The notes below the pieces were generated by a model, which was not told the DNA's origin, searched no databases, and saw nothing but the letters and a program-made list of their open reading frames with translations. From the NCBI GenBank assembly GCA_001662655.1, contig KV460276.1: 64,000 bases of DNA; one strand, written 5' to 3'. This stretch comes from Pseudogymnoascus verrucosus. Lineage: Eukaryota. Made by a program: the position numbers and the translations under genes. Of the stretch, positions 46,781-58,869 are shown one piece after another (the first letter of the stretch is position 1; every line of letters starts with the position of its first letter).

Positions 46781-47942
46781 ATGCAATTGCTCGCTCTTCT
46801 GGCCGCGGCCACAGGCGCTGCCGCCGTGGCGATGCCCAATGGCGGCGGTGTTCTCGGTGGCGTCGGCAATGGCCACAGCAAGGGATGGGGACTGAAGAAG
46901 TTCAAGAACTTGGTGGCGTTTGGAGACAGGTATGTGAGGCCGTTTTGAAGCAGCAATTGAACAGCAAACTAATGGGCATCGCAGCTACACCGACGAGTCT
47001 CGTCTTGGTTATTTCCAGCAGCATAACGGACAAGGCCCACCCGCAGGAACTCTCCTTCCCGGAAGCACTTCCACGCCCGGAGGCGGCATCACATGGCCGC
47101 GATGGGTATCGATATACAGCGGAGCTTCGCTGTTTAACTACGCTGTCTCCGGAGCAGTCTGCAGCAACAAGATGATCTACCGTTACCTCGACTCCATCAG
47201 CGGGCCCTTCCCTGACGTGCTCGGCTATGAGGTGCCTGCCTACCAAGCAGACGCAGCGTATATCAACAAGAAGACGCGTACGAACACGCTTTTCACGGAT
47301 CGGAAGGCTGATAACACTGTTTACAGCATGTGGATTGGCACGAACGATCTCGGGAACGATGCGCTGATCACAGATAGCACACTCCACGGTGAGACGATCA
47401 GTGATTATATCGACTGCATCTTCGAGGCGTTCGATGGGATTTACAAGACCGGAGCTAGGTACTTCGTCCTCATGAACGTCGCCCCCCTGGACCTCTCCCC
47501 GCTGTACGGACTCCCCTCCGCCGGTGGACTGGCATCAAGCCACTACTGGCCCAACAAGCCCGCGAACACCACCGAGCAGAGCGGGAAGATGAAGGAGTAC
47601 TCGAGCACTGTGAACTCTGTTCTCGAATACCGCGTGCCATTTGAGGTGAAGCTGGCGAATCGCTACCCAGGGGCTCACTTCGCTATCTTCGATACGCACC
47701 GCTTGATCACGGATATCTATAATAACCCGGCCACTTACCTCAATGGGACGGGGACGCTGCATGTCAATGAGCCGTACCAGGTTTGCCCGCCGGCTGGGGG
47801 GAATTGTGTGAATTCTGAGGAGAGCTTGGATAACTTCTTGTGGTTTGATGAGTTGCATCCTAGTGAGAGGACTGATCAGGTTATTGCGACGCATTTCCTT
47901 GATGTTGTTAAGGGGACGTCAAAGTTTGCTACGTACTGGTAG
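46781..47942 (+). CDS. Secreted SGNH/GDSL hydrolase, CE16-like acetyl esterase (intron 46930-46984)
   Basis: Signal peptide MQLLALLAAATGAAAVA. Block I LVAFGD|SYTD, block II NYAVSGA, block III WIGTND and block V WFDELHPS are all present. Confidence 0.9.
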
Positions 47943-47980
47943 AATATTCAAAATAAGTTGCTGCTGGTATAGGGGTGGCC

Positions 47981-48313
47981 TATTCTATCTTGTATGACAT
48001 TTAGCAATCTAGATAATGTAAATAAATTAATGACTAGATCATGATAACCCCGTTGCTTCTGCCCTGTTTGTCGTGGCATAGTGATGACCCAGTCTATATT
48101 GTATGTCATTTGGCAATCTAGACAGTGTAAATAAATTAATGAGCCATATTCCAAATAAGAGTTTCTTGACATAGTGATGAGCCAGTCTATATTGTATGGC
48201 ATCTAACAATCTAGATAATGTAAATGAGAGATTCCTTAAATACTGGTGACCCTGCTCATCTTGTATACCATTTAGCAATCAGATAATGCAAATGAATTAA
48301 TGACCAGATCATG
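47981..48313. repeat. Four-copy mosaic tandem repeat (about 43-bp core, periods 109/93/69 bp)
   Basis: Core TGTAT..CAT.T..CAATCTAGA.A.TGTAAAT.AATTAATGA at 47991, 48100, 48193 and 48262. The spacers share sub-modules (CATAGTGATGA.CCAGTCTATAT twice). Confidence 0.85.
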
Positions 48314-49231
48314 CAAATCTCATCGCTGTGTTTGTCCTCCAATATCAGCCTCAGCCAACATCGGTCACGTGCACCGCCTTTGTCTCTGACGGATTATTAA
48401 GTATCTTGAATCTAGCTCCCGTCAGTCGCAATAGACACATCATTTTCTCCTTTTCTCCTTTTTTGCCTTTATATCCTTATATCTCCTTGTATATATATCC
48501 CCCGTATACCTCTGACAGAAGGCGAAACGCCATTGAAGTGTCGGTGAAGCTGTATTCCCAGACAATATTGGCAATTATAGGCCTTTGTAGCCTTGTGCAT
48601 GAGTCGAGCGCCCGTCCTACCGTGACATATTCTCCGAAAACAGAGCGACAAAGCGACAGAGCGAGTCTAGTGAGATGCCGCAGAGTTCTACACCAGTAAT
48701 CAGCTTCATCTACTTACAATTCCAGATCCCTTCGCAATATACTCAATAAGTACTGTATATCGCATGCAGCCTATCATACCCAGCGCATATTCGAATACGC
48801 CACCAGATACGACAAACTAAAGCCGCCATCTTCCCCGTCGACGCGCTATTCGACTCTCCGCAGCCACTCACGGCCTTATATCCTTGATATCTTCTCCTTC
48901 CGTACTGTACAATACAGTGCTGTCACAGGAAGGCTGCATCTCGGTCGCGTCCGTCGCGTCCCTTGATCCCTACCGATCCCTACCCCCAGCAGTCGCACCT
49001 TACCCACTCCGCACAAGCACGCATTGAAACATTTCGAAGCGGCGAAGATCCCTCGCATAACACGATAAACCCTCGACTCCAAGACACATCCTGACAACCA
49101 ACATCGAGAGTTTCGAGTAACCATAGCCACTCATCGAGCGCAGACCCTCTTCATACCCTTCCCCCTCCTCTCGGTCCCCCCCTTCCCCCTCCAGGCCCCC
49201 ACACCACCCCCCCCTCCCCTGGGCCAAGGCC

Positions 49232-51158
49232 ATGTACGCACCACAGTATCCCTTTGCGCCGGGTCCCAATGCGCCTCCTCCACCGCAACAACAACAGCCT
49301 GGTTACATCCAGAATCCCGCGGCACAGCAGCAGCAGATGATGTATAACCCTCAGCAGCAGGGCCAACAATTCGGGATGCCGATGGGTGGCGTCCCGCAGC
49401 AGCCGCCTTACGGCCCCGGTATGAATGGGCCCAATATGGTGCCAGGCCCAAACGCGGTGATGATGCAGAATGGCGGCGCCGGAATGCCGCATATGGGCCC
49501 GGGAAACAATGGCATTGGTGAGTTCTTGATATGTTTGCTTTGATCGTCTTTGACTGCGCACCGCTAGCGGGCAGACGGCTGCGCGTGTGCTGTATCGAGA
49601 TGTTGGTCTTGCACTTCATGCGCGCCTTCCGTGCCGATCCAAGCACACCGGTCTAATTTTCATGGCATCGGGTCGCTCCTGCCTTTGTTATTTAAGTACT
49701 ACTGTTGCCAATGGTCAGCCACTAACGTGGACACGATAGCATCCTACCAAACGCCCTACAACAACTCCCCATACGGCATGCAAGGTGGCCCGCCATCCTC
49801 TGGTCCTCAACAACAAGCTTTCCTCCCCGCTGGCGCGAATGCTGCACAGTCAGGCTTCGTCCAGCCAGCGCCGCAGCAGCGCATGCACACTCCTCAGCAA
49901 CATCAACAACAGCAGATGGGCACGCCGCAGCGCGGTTCTTCATACGGTCCTGTCCCGGGACAACACACGACACCACCACATACACAGGCTCCGTCACAAT
50001 TTATGCCTCCTCAGCCAGGAACACCGCAGATGGCGATGCCTATGCAACAGCAGCAGGGGCTCGCGCAGCAGGGACAACAAGCGCAACAGCCTGTACAACA
50101 GCCACAATCGGCGGGGCAGACGCCCGTGACACCGTCGTTCCCTACGTCGGCTGGGGGGATGGCTACACCGTTAAGCCCTGGGTCTGAAGTGAGAGAGAAG
50201 GATAGGGTTAGCCTGCTGCTGGATATTAACAGGGTGCTGTTGATGGAGGTGATGAGGCTACAAGCTGTGCAGGCGGAAGCAAAAGCGAAGGTGGAATCAG
50301 ACGACAAGAAGGACGACAAGGAGGATGGGGCTGAGGGAGCGAAGGATAAAGAGAAGAAGGACGATAAGGCGAAGGAGAAGCCTAAGATTGATCCTGTTAC
50401 GGGCAAGGAGTTTGTGGAGTATGTTCTGTTGATATGAATATGGAAGGCAACTGCTAACGATCGACAGATGCATGCGGAGGATACAATATAACCTGGCATA
50501 TCTCGCCGCCATCGCTGACCGGTCACACAAACCATCATCACAGATCCCACCCCACCCAGCCGTCATCTCAGCGCCGTCTCTCACCCCTCTCCCCAAACCC
50601 GCCACCTCGTCGCCAACCTCCCCCAATGGCGCCGTCAAAAGCACCGATGGCGCCGCAGACGCCGAAGTCGAAGACCGCGCCGAGACCTTGAAGAAACAAT
50701 ACAAGCGCCTCCAAGAGCTCTTCCCCGGCGTGGACCCCAAGAAAGAACCGACCGTGCAGCCCGCACAAGCGGCTCAAAAGCAGCAGCAGCAGCAACAACA
50801 ACAACAGCCAGGTCCGTCAGCTCCGCAAAAGGCCCAAATGGCTGCCCAGATGCAAGCGCAGCTCGCGCAGATGAGCCAGGCGCAGAAGATGGAATTCATG
50901 CAGCGGAAAGGAATGCAGCAGATGGCGCAACAGCAGCCGAATGCGCAGCAGCAACAACAACTGCAGCGGATGAGGCAGCAACAGCAACAGATGCAGCAGC
51001 AGCAACCTGGATGGCGGCCAGGACAGCCGGGGGGCCCGCAGCAGGGAGGGCCGCAGCGGATGGGGCCGGGGATGCAGCAGGGTGGTGGGATGGATATGAG
51101 CGGGATGGGGATGGGATCACCGTCAGTGCAGGGGATGCAGCAACCGGGCCAGCAGTGA
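49232..51158 (+). CDS. Q/P/G/M-rich protein with an SSXT (SS18/SYT N-terminal-like) domain, putative SWI/SNF-associated coactivator (introns 49518-49739, about 50420-50467)
   Basis: RVSLLLDINRVLL.EV..LQ...EFVE|CMRRIQYNLAYLAAIADR resembles the SSXT signature (L..N..LI...Q...LQ.NL.YLA..AD). QPG-rich low-complexity regions and poly-Q flank it. Confidence 0.72.
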
Positions 51159-51837
51159 GCGACGAGTGTAGCCGCTCCAATATCGATGGGCGCAAGGGCA
51201 AGAATAATCGCAGCAAGGACAGGATTGTCTAAAACGGTGTACGAGGGGAAGCAGCTTAACGGTGTCTGGCATCAGGAGCATGGCGTCTTTATAAAAAAAG
51301 GAGGAAAATGGAGATTTGGGGGTGGGGGGGGGGTTCATAATTTATTTTTGAGTCGAGGGGAAGGGACTTTTATACCTTGGACAGAACGCGCGAGTTGGGG
51401 GTTGGCTATCTGTACAATTTATTGGATTCAGGTGCTGGAATAGGCGCTGGGTTTGTTTGGAGATGTGTGTATAGCAATGTGTTTAAAGCGTGGAACTGGG
51501 TTGCCCGTTCAAAATCTTACTGGGGAGTTCGTCGTGGTAGTGAAGAGTATGATAAGTGTTCATGGGAGCCGTGCCTGTGTTTCAAAGGCTAGTTGCACTG
51601 GCATTTGAAGCGCAGGCTCGGCACCATCAACAAGTATCGCATATTTTCCCCCATCGCGACGACAACCTCTACCTGAATGTACTGTAACTCGGCTCAGCCT
51701 TTGATTTTGCTAGCTGTGACTGACCAGAGACTGTTGGCTACCCACGTCACTGGACGCACTGCATAGCTCCCCGGCCTTGAGGCCGCCGGCACAGAGAATG
51801 AGATCTATTTATTTATTTATTGTCTGTCCAAGGAAAC

Positions 51838-53712
51838 TCAAGTTATCGCCTCGAATTTGTGGTTGTGTGTGTCTTCCGAGTTGGCTACGCACTTGGAGCA
51901 GTAGTCAAACTCATCGCACTCAGTGCACTTGTGCCAGACTTTGTAGATGGTCTGTGGAATGTCAGCGTGTTGTTTAGATTATTTACTCCTTCTTGTTCTA
52001 CGGATGGCAGCACCAATAGACAGGATGATTACGGGGAAGGCGGTGTCACTTACAGAGTTACAGCCGTCGCAGATGCGGTTGAATTCCTTCCCCTTATTCC
52101 CATCCGAGTTCTCAATATCAACAATCCACCCCATCCTCCCCGTCTTTGGAATCACCCCGTTATAAACCGAGATCCGCCAGGGGTAGTCATCCACCAGCAA
52201 GCCGTCCAGCCGCGTTCCCCGGAACAAGTACATGCTACGCGCCGGCGCATCCATCCACGACGGATGTAGCCTCCCCGCCTCGGAGTAGATATCCAAGTTC
52301 CCAATCTCCGGACTGAAGATGCTCCCCCCGACCTGGACGCGGGGGTTAAATACCCCATCAAGGCCAACCTTGATCGTAGTCGTCCTGCCCCCCTCGCGTA
52401 GAAGAATCGCCCCGGCCGTCCCGCTATCCCCGATCTTAAGCTCAAAGAGACGTTTCTCGTCGTCCCATTCTCCGCGCGTGATGACCTCCGATAACGACTC
52501 ATCCTCATTGGTTGTCGTCTGATACCGCTTATTGCTCTTTTGCTGCCCCTTTATCTTCGGCGCCGACTTCATCGGCGACAGGAGCGTGCGCATCCAGAAG
52601 CCGTAGAAGCGCTCTTCGGCTAGGACGGAGCCCCAGAGGCGCTGTTGCACGAAGACGTCGCGGTAAGTGCACTTCTGCGCTAGGCCGTCGCGGAAGACAC
52701 ACAAGTCTTCGCCCCCTAACATGACGCGGGCGTAGCGATTATCCCTAGGCAGCAGGCGAAGGAAGATGCCTAGACGCTGTCCGTCGCGAGCGCAGTCCAG
52801 GGCGGCGAGGTAGGTGTCCATAGCCCACGGTACCATGGGGAGATTGATCTTCAGGCCCAAGTTGGAGATAGCGTAGGGCTCACGGTTCCAGCGGGAGTGG
52901 GTAGCGTCGATGGATGCACAGGTTGCGAAGTCGGCGGGGGAGCGCGCGAGGAGGCCGCGAGCTGCGGGACTGGGGGAGGACCAGGCGAAGAGGGAGTGGT
53001 CGTCGGAGTTCTTCATGATTTCCTCTTGCAGGCGGATGAAGGCGCGGTCACCTTCGCCGTAGAGCATGGGCATGTTGACGTTGAAGATACCGAGGAGGCA
53101 GTATGCCATATCTTCTTTCCGGGTGGTCATGCGGCGCGAAGCCCACGACATGCGGCGCGCGATGCTGTAGTCGTCTAGGTTCGCGCCGGACTGCAGCATG
53201 GAGACGTCGATCTGGGTTACTGCTGCGATAGCGACGCGGAGGGAGGCTTTAGTTCCAATCTCAATCCAGGAGGTGTTGTAGAAGGTGACATGCTCGGGGG
53301 CGACAAGTTCCTGGAGCGTCCAGCCGCGGGAGAACCACATGCTTTTTGCGAAAGCGTCTTCGCCGGGACTGGAGAGGATATCGTCTACAGCAATGTCGTT
53401 GAGGAAGGCGTAGCAGATCTCAGCTTCGGCGTACCACCGGTACATGGAGTTGATGGCCTCGGAGAGCTCAGCGCTGCTGGTCTTGTCGATGCAGCAGGTG
53501 TCAATCCAGGCGTGGGATAGGCCGTCGGAGAGAGCTTGCTTGCAGGTGCTTAGGATTTTTTGGTAGCCGGGCTTGTTGGTACAGCTCTCCGCTTGCATTT
53601 CCTGCAGCGTGACTTCGCCATCGAGCCAGCGGTGGGAGAGGATGGCATATTTGGGAGCGTGGCCGTCGAAGAACTCCTCTATGCGGAGGGTTTTGGTGTT
53701 TATGAGGCGCAT
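51838..53712 (-). CDS. HET-domain (heterokaryon incompatibility) protein with a C-terminal ZZ-type zinc finger (intron 52053-51952)
   Basis: MRLINT...YAILSHRW...WIDTCCIDKTSSAELSEAINSMYRWY...WFSRGWTLQEL...RMSWAS.R.TTR.ED.AYCLLGIF.VNMPMLYGEG. The spliced end reads CDGCNS|TIYKVWHKCTECDEFDYCSKCVANSEDTHNH. Confidence 0.93.
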
Positions 53713-54199
53713 TTCAGACTTTGGAGCCTGTTGGTGGGGGAGAAGGCGAGAGATGCGGACACGTGAGAGTAAAGGAAAGGAAATCTTAGAGTGAGATATA
53801 TTTTATGGTTTTTGAGGTTAAGGACGACACCTGAGCGAGTCTGGATATACTTTTCAAGCATTGACCATTCAGATCTACCATCTACCCCGCCATGTGATAT
53901 CCAGTAATCCGGTTGGAATATTACACCGCTTCGGGACTTGGCAGGGGCCGATCCGTGGGTTTTCATTTTTAGCTGCGGCAGGCCCGTCTACACGCGTTGC
54001 CCGATTAGGAGGGCGCCAAATGCCGAGTCTGAGATTAAAAATTTTATAATTTCTATATTGAAGTTGTACCGTACCATAATGCCACTTCCTAGGGTTCGAG
54101 CTGCTGGATTTGGCAGGGCGCAGTTGCTGCTTTACGCACTACGTCTTGCTAAATCCTCGATCCGCAGACAGGTGATCAGATCGCAGCCCCCATCGGCCA

Positions 54200-55120
54200 C
54201 AGACCGTTCAAGGTCTCCGTTTCTGCTTCCTGTGTCTACTTTTTGCCTTCCGTTTTTCTCTTTTCTGCTCGTCCTAACCCTTGAATTCACAGCCTTGTTC
54301 ATAGAATCCTGCTGTATAGCGTACTCCTGGTGCTGCTCCTATAAGGCCACAGGCTAGGCATTACTAGCACGGAACACTTCGCCCTGCTCCTGTCGCGCCA
54401 TCACCAGGCGTTTCTTATTCTGCTGCTCTAGTAGATTAAGCTGAATTTCGTAGGTTTGAATAGTTTTCTTAATCGTGTTCTTGAGATCCTAGTAACTGTT
54501 AACGATGTAGCCGTTAGGATAAGGTATATGTAAGATATCACCTCGTCAGGATAGCCTGGGGGGAACACCCTAAGGCTCTCCCGCCAAGGATCGATCCCAC
54601 CGAGGTAGTAGGGTAGGTAGTATGGCGTTAATATTAATAGGTCTGCTGGTTCGAGGTCGGAGAAGGGGTGACGAGACGCCCAACTTTTCATCTCTAGAGC
54701 CTCGGTTACAGAGCTCTTTTCAGTCTCGTGAAGGCCGCACAGCTCGAGTGGTGGGCAAACTGGCCTGGTATTGACGGGTAGGATGGAGCTAGAAATCCTA
54801 TGCTGCATCGCCTGTTGGAGTTCGTGCTTTTCTAAAGATGGAAGTGTCGACTCATCCTTTGAAACGTAAACCCTCGCATAACTGTTCGTCTTTTCAAATT
54901 GCAATCGCGCATGATAGTTGCTCGGTGAGCTCATCTCGCACTCCACAAGGGCTTTAAGTGAGTTACAGAGCTCGGAGATGGTGTGGCGGAGCGTCTATCT
55001 CTCCAGGTCTACAGGCTCATCAACTGAAGGTGACGGGGATTGTGGACCTAGGGCGGTAGATTCGCATGTAGCTAGGGCTACAGCGGTGGCAGCAGTGTTT
55101 TTGGTCTCGGAGGCTGACAT
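54200..55120 (-). pseudogene. Pseudogene carrying a Som1/Flo8-type LLEQQNKKRL.MARQEQ motif, with in-frame TAG stops
   Basis: ATG 55120 gives MSASETK...DLER*TLRHTISELC... (TAG at 54997-54995), in frame with the 54428-54946 ORF. A downstream segment reads IQTYEIQLNLLEQQNKKRLVMARQEQGEVFRASNA*PVAL*EQ. Confidence 0.65.
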
Positions 55121-55278
55121 TGCACCCTGCCTTATTATGCCGTCAGCGTGTCACTTGGTAACAACTGGACTGCTGGTGAGAGAAAGCGGTCTTCGTTTTG
55201 CGGTACGAGTAGAGGGGAAGAGAGGGCCTAAGTGTTAGTTGACGCAGTGTACAGTATGAGAGCGCCGTACATACAAGA

Positions 55279-55850
55279 ATGTTGGAAGGAACCTACGAAG
55301 TCAACCAGCGACACCAACGAGAGACTCATCGAAGTATGTTATTTAAGGGTAAAGATATCCTTATCGGCTATTGGAAAGAATCCTGTGAATCTGAATTAAT
55401 AAATAAACATGCCATTTACGGCGTCATCCAAGCTAACAACGTTTTTCGGGTCAAAGTCGTCCCTGAAACACGAGATGGAAGACCTGTCAAAGGAAACTAT
55501 CCCAGTTTGCAGGGTGGCTGCTAGGTGAACTACGATACTTGCGTCTTACAGTTATATGTTAAAGACCTAATGCGGATGGAGATTGAGGAATACTGCCGCT
55601 TTTGTATTGCGGATCCGGATTACAACGACGGCCATCAAGGCGCAGCTATTGAGAGGCAAGAATAGCAGCTAAGAAAAAAGTCGCCGACGATGCTGCGACT
55701 ATGCGTTTAAATGTCGAATATAACCGGAAGAAATGTGACCAGCGAGACCAAGGAGCTATTGCTAGAGCAATTGAAAGGCAGAAGAAAACGGGCGAGATTG
55801 TTGATACGTGCCCGAAAACGAAGGTCGATGCGAAACCCACTACAATCAGA
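55279..55850 (+). pseudogene. Degenerate fragment of an ascomycete domain of unknown function
   Basis: GKDILIGYWKES...KHAIYGVI...FRVKVVPETRDGRPVKGNYP...GGC*VNYD...EIEEYCR. The in-frame TAG sits where a Trp is plausible, and further stops follow. Confidence 0.5.
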
Positions 55851-55899
55851 TCTAATAAGTAGCAGTTGGAGAGCTACTCTGATGTCGTACGATCCTTTG

Positions 55900-56397
55900 C
55901 TTAATCAGAGTTGTCTGTAAGCTTATTTGCAAAGAGTGCAAATATGCTGTATTGCCCAGCCATATTACCACGCATTTTGCAGGAAACCATATAATTTAGA
56001 GGTGGATAAGCGTTGCAAGATTGCAGACGAAGTGGCGGAAGTTAATGGGTTAATTACAAACGAGGAGGTTTTACATCGAAGTGAGTTCCTATTCCCAACA
56101 GCCACCAGAAAGCCGATTTAAGGATTAGCCGCACCTAAGAGAGGTATGTTGCAATGCATATTTGAGAGCACAAATGGGGCATGCGGGTATATATGTGACA
56201 CAACAAGCCGGATGAAAGCGCATTGTATTGAAGAGCACAGGTGGGCCAGCACATGCAAGGGAGGACGCCGAAAGAAGCATGTGAAGTTTCCAAACAACGA
56301 TATACCATGGCGGACGGACGTTAGTTGTCAGCAGTTTTTTAGTTCAGGGAGCATTCGCGAATGGGCATTATTCGTGGTTGGGTCGGAACATATGTAA
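55900..56397 (+). pseudogene. DUF3505-like zinc-finger fragment (the N-terminal module typical of fungal RecQ-like / telomere-linked-helicase-associated ORFs), frameshifted
   Basis: LICKECKYAVLPSHITTHF, then a frameshift, then ...PI*GLAAP..GMLQC...CGYIC...MKAHCIEEH.W...GGRR...PWRTDVSCQQFF. Confidence 0.65.
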
Positions 56398-56580
56398 TAG
56401 GTTTCTTGCGTTTAGGAAGGTGAGCTTCAGGCTGAACACAACCAACCTTATTTCTTGGCTGGCGGTCAAGCTTTTGTCCAGTTAATCATTTAATCTAGTT
56501 ATTGTGTCCATTACCAACAACACACTTGTTATGTACAAGCATAAATCACTAGCTACCCACTTACACCAACGCGGATATGT

Positions 56581-58277
56581 CTAACGCTCTAAGAGAACTC
56601 GTCTCTGGCTGCAATTTACTAGCCATGCAAACACGGGCAAAGAGTAATCCAATTGCTCCCAAAAGTCCATGGAGAGACCGATCAATACACGAAGAAGTTG
56701 AGAGACAAACCACAGTTGGTCTGCGTGAGCCGCATGATCTGTACTTCCAACAAGCAAACACCATATCAGGGCGCCAGGATAGGGAAACCAGTATCCGAGA
56801 AGGTTTGTCGTCTCTAGATGCTGTCTTAGAGTCTGGGCATTCAGCCCCTGAAGCAGCAAGATCGATGGGCCATTGACGGCGCCTCGGCAACAATACATCA
56901 GTGTTGCTTTTTCAAGACATTCATATACAGCATCATAACCTTCTATCTGCTTCTTAGACAATCCTTGGGCTATCGAGATCTCCTGTAGAGTAAGGTTACA
57001 GCCCGATGTAAAAGTATCAGCGTTATGAGTGGGGTCCTGCTGTCTGAAGCTCGCATCAAATACGTTGGCCAAGTTCCCTAAAATGGTAAACAACCGCAAC
57101 ATGCTGGCTTCGATAGGAACAGCCTGGTTTGATTTGGGTTTTCGCAGTGTAAAAAGTTCATTTCCTATATTAATTAAGAAGTGCGGAGGCCGCTTTGATG
57201 GCGTGCGATGAGGCGTTCTAACCTCCTGCTTGCTGTAGACGTAAAGCAGGCACTCGTAGCTACATCAAGTACCTAGTTAGCCTGTGTTCACTATCTCCTA
57301 GTACTAGTTCTGAAGGCCTTACACAACACTAAGCTTCCCAATCCATCCTTGCAAGCCATATTGCTGCATTCCTTCCCTCATATCAATCATTCTGGTAAAC
57401 GCTTTGATGTGGTGCCTCAGTCCTACTATGTTTCCAGTTAAGCACTAAAGAATCAGCCTGTATAATGAAATGAAGTATAGGAATCATTGAGGAAATCGCA
57501 CCTCGAACCCAGCTAGCGCTACAACCGCTCCTATGGTGCTATCAGATGTCATTCGAGCATTATCATCAAGCTCCGTATTGACTTGTTGTATAGCCTTCCC
57601 TCTATGAAAGTATGACACAGCACTCAGGGTTTGGCCACTTAGTAATTCAAGATTGGCAGATGCAATGAACATAGAGGCGTGAAACATGGCCTCGCTGGAT
57701 TTCAAAGCTGGGAGCCAGCCTGTTCGCAGCGCGTTCTCTTTAGCATCATAGCTATCTCTAACTAGTCCGACTTCTAAACAAGAGATGTCTGTTTGAGTGG
57801 CACGCCGTCCATAAGCTTTAAACAGCAACAAAATGGTTGGCCTAGGAAATAACACTTACAGTTTTTAACCAGTTGGTCGAGATACTCCAGGGACGTATTT
57901 CTGGCAAACTCATGGGCTACCGTGCTCCGGAGACTAGCTAGATCAGGCACTTCTTCTTGCAGAAACCAACCAGGATAGGGTTGTGTTCGGGACCAATAGG
58001 TCGGGGCAGGTGAAGCCTTTCTGGTGCTATTGCCAACGCTGGGGCTGTGCCTTGCTACTGTCTGTACTCCGTAAATAAAGCGAAAAGTCTCTTGCTGAGG
58101 CGCAGAAGATTTTGTCGCTTCGGCTTGTGCAGCTTCTACTACTGCCTGATTCTTTCGTCTCTTCGCAGCTCTCCGCCGCGACTGCACGACATGCATCGCA
58201 TGCGCGCGCACGAGAGTTTGGTTCTTTCGCTGCTGATCCTTTGATCCTTGGACGTTCACAAATTGTAGCTCCGACAT
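56581..58277 (-). CDS. Fungal-specific transcription-factor-domain protein (Fungal_trans_2-like) without a visible Zn2Cys6 cluster, 3 introns
   Basis: N-terminal MSELQFVN....R....VRAHAM and W.P.....EAMFHA....A...HRGKAIQ.VN..L.....SDSTIGAV..LA.FE. The C-terminus has LIWCLLVG...WF. The exons join through GT-AG introns. Confidence 0.72.
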
Positions 58278-58869
58278 TATTTATTTGGGAATGCAGATGG
58301 CGGATTAATAGCCTCAAGTATAGAATACGAATATGTCAACTGTGCAGTGCTTGGATTTGCCACGCTCTCGTCGGGAATAGCCACGTGACTTAACTCTTTT
58401 TGCCACTAGTGACTTCCTAGAATCATGATGGAATCGTATAATGGTCTCCACTGATAACACTATACTAAGATAGGCTATTGCTGTCGGGACCACTAATAAT
58501 GAGTATAAGCATGACTCAGCACTAGCCTGATTACATTTTCTAACGCTATTAGGATTGGAGATAACATCGGGTTCCTTCTATTTGACAGTGTCAAGCTAGC
58601 ACTTGAAAAGAGCCGCTCAACATCAGCTGGCATTGCTGGAATTGACAAAGCATTGATTCTCATCTGACACAAATCGGGGTACTTAGCCTGTTAGACTAGG
58701 CCTAGTCACTATTCAATTCAATTAGATCTTCAGCCAATCAACTTCCTAGAGCAGTATCGTACACTCGTCATCTATCGCAGCTTGTGTTTTTGCAATCACA
58801 TTTGCCATAGCTTTAAGTCGCTGCTTATCAAAGATAGAAACACATTGATCGAAAGAGTTTAAATTTGAA

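Noticed and set aside
47981..48313. CRISPR-like repeat-spacer appearance
   Set aside because: The context is eukaryotic with no cas genes. The repeats are degenerate, and the spacers are unequal and share sequence with each other.
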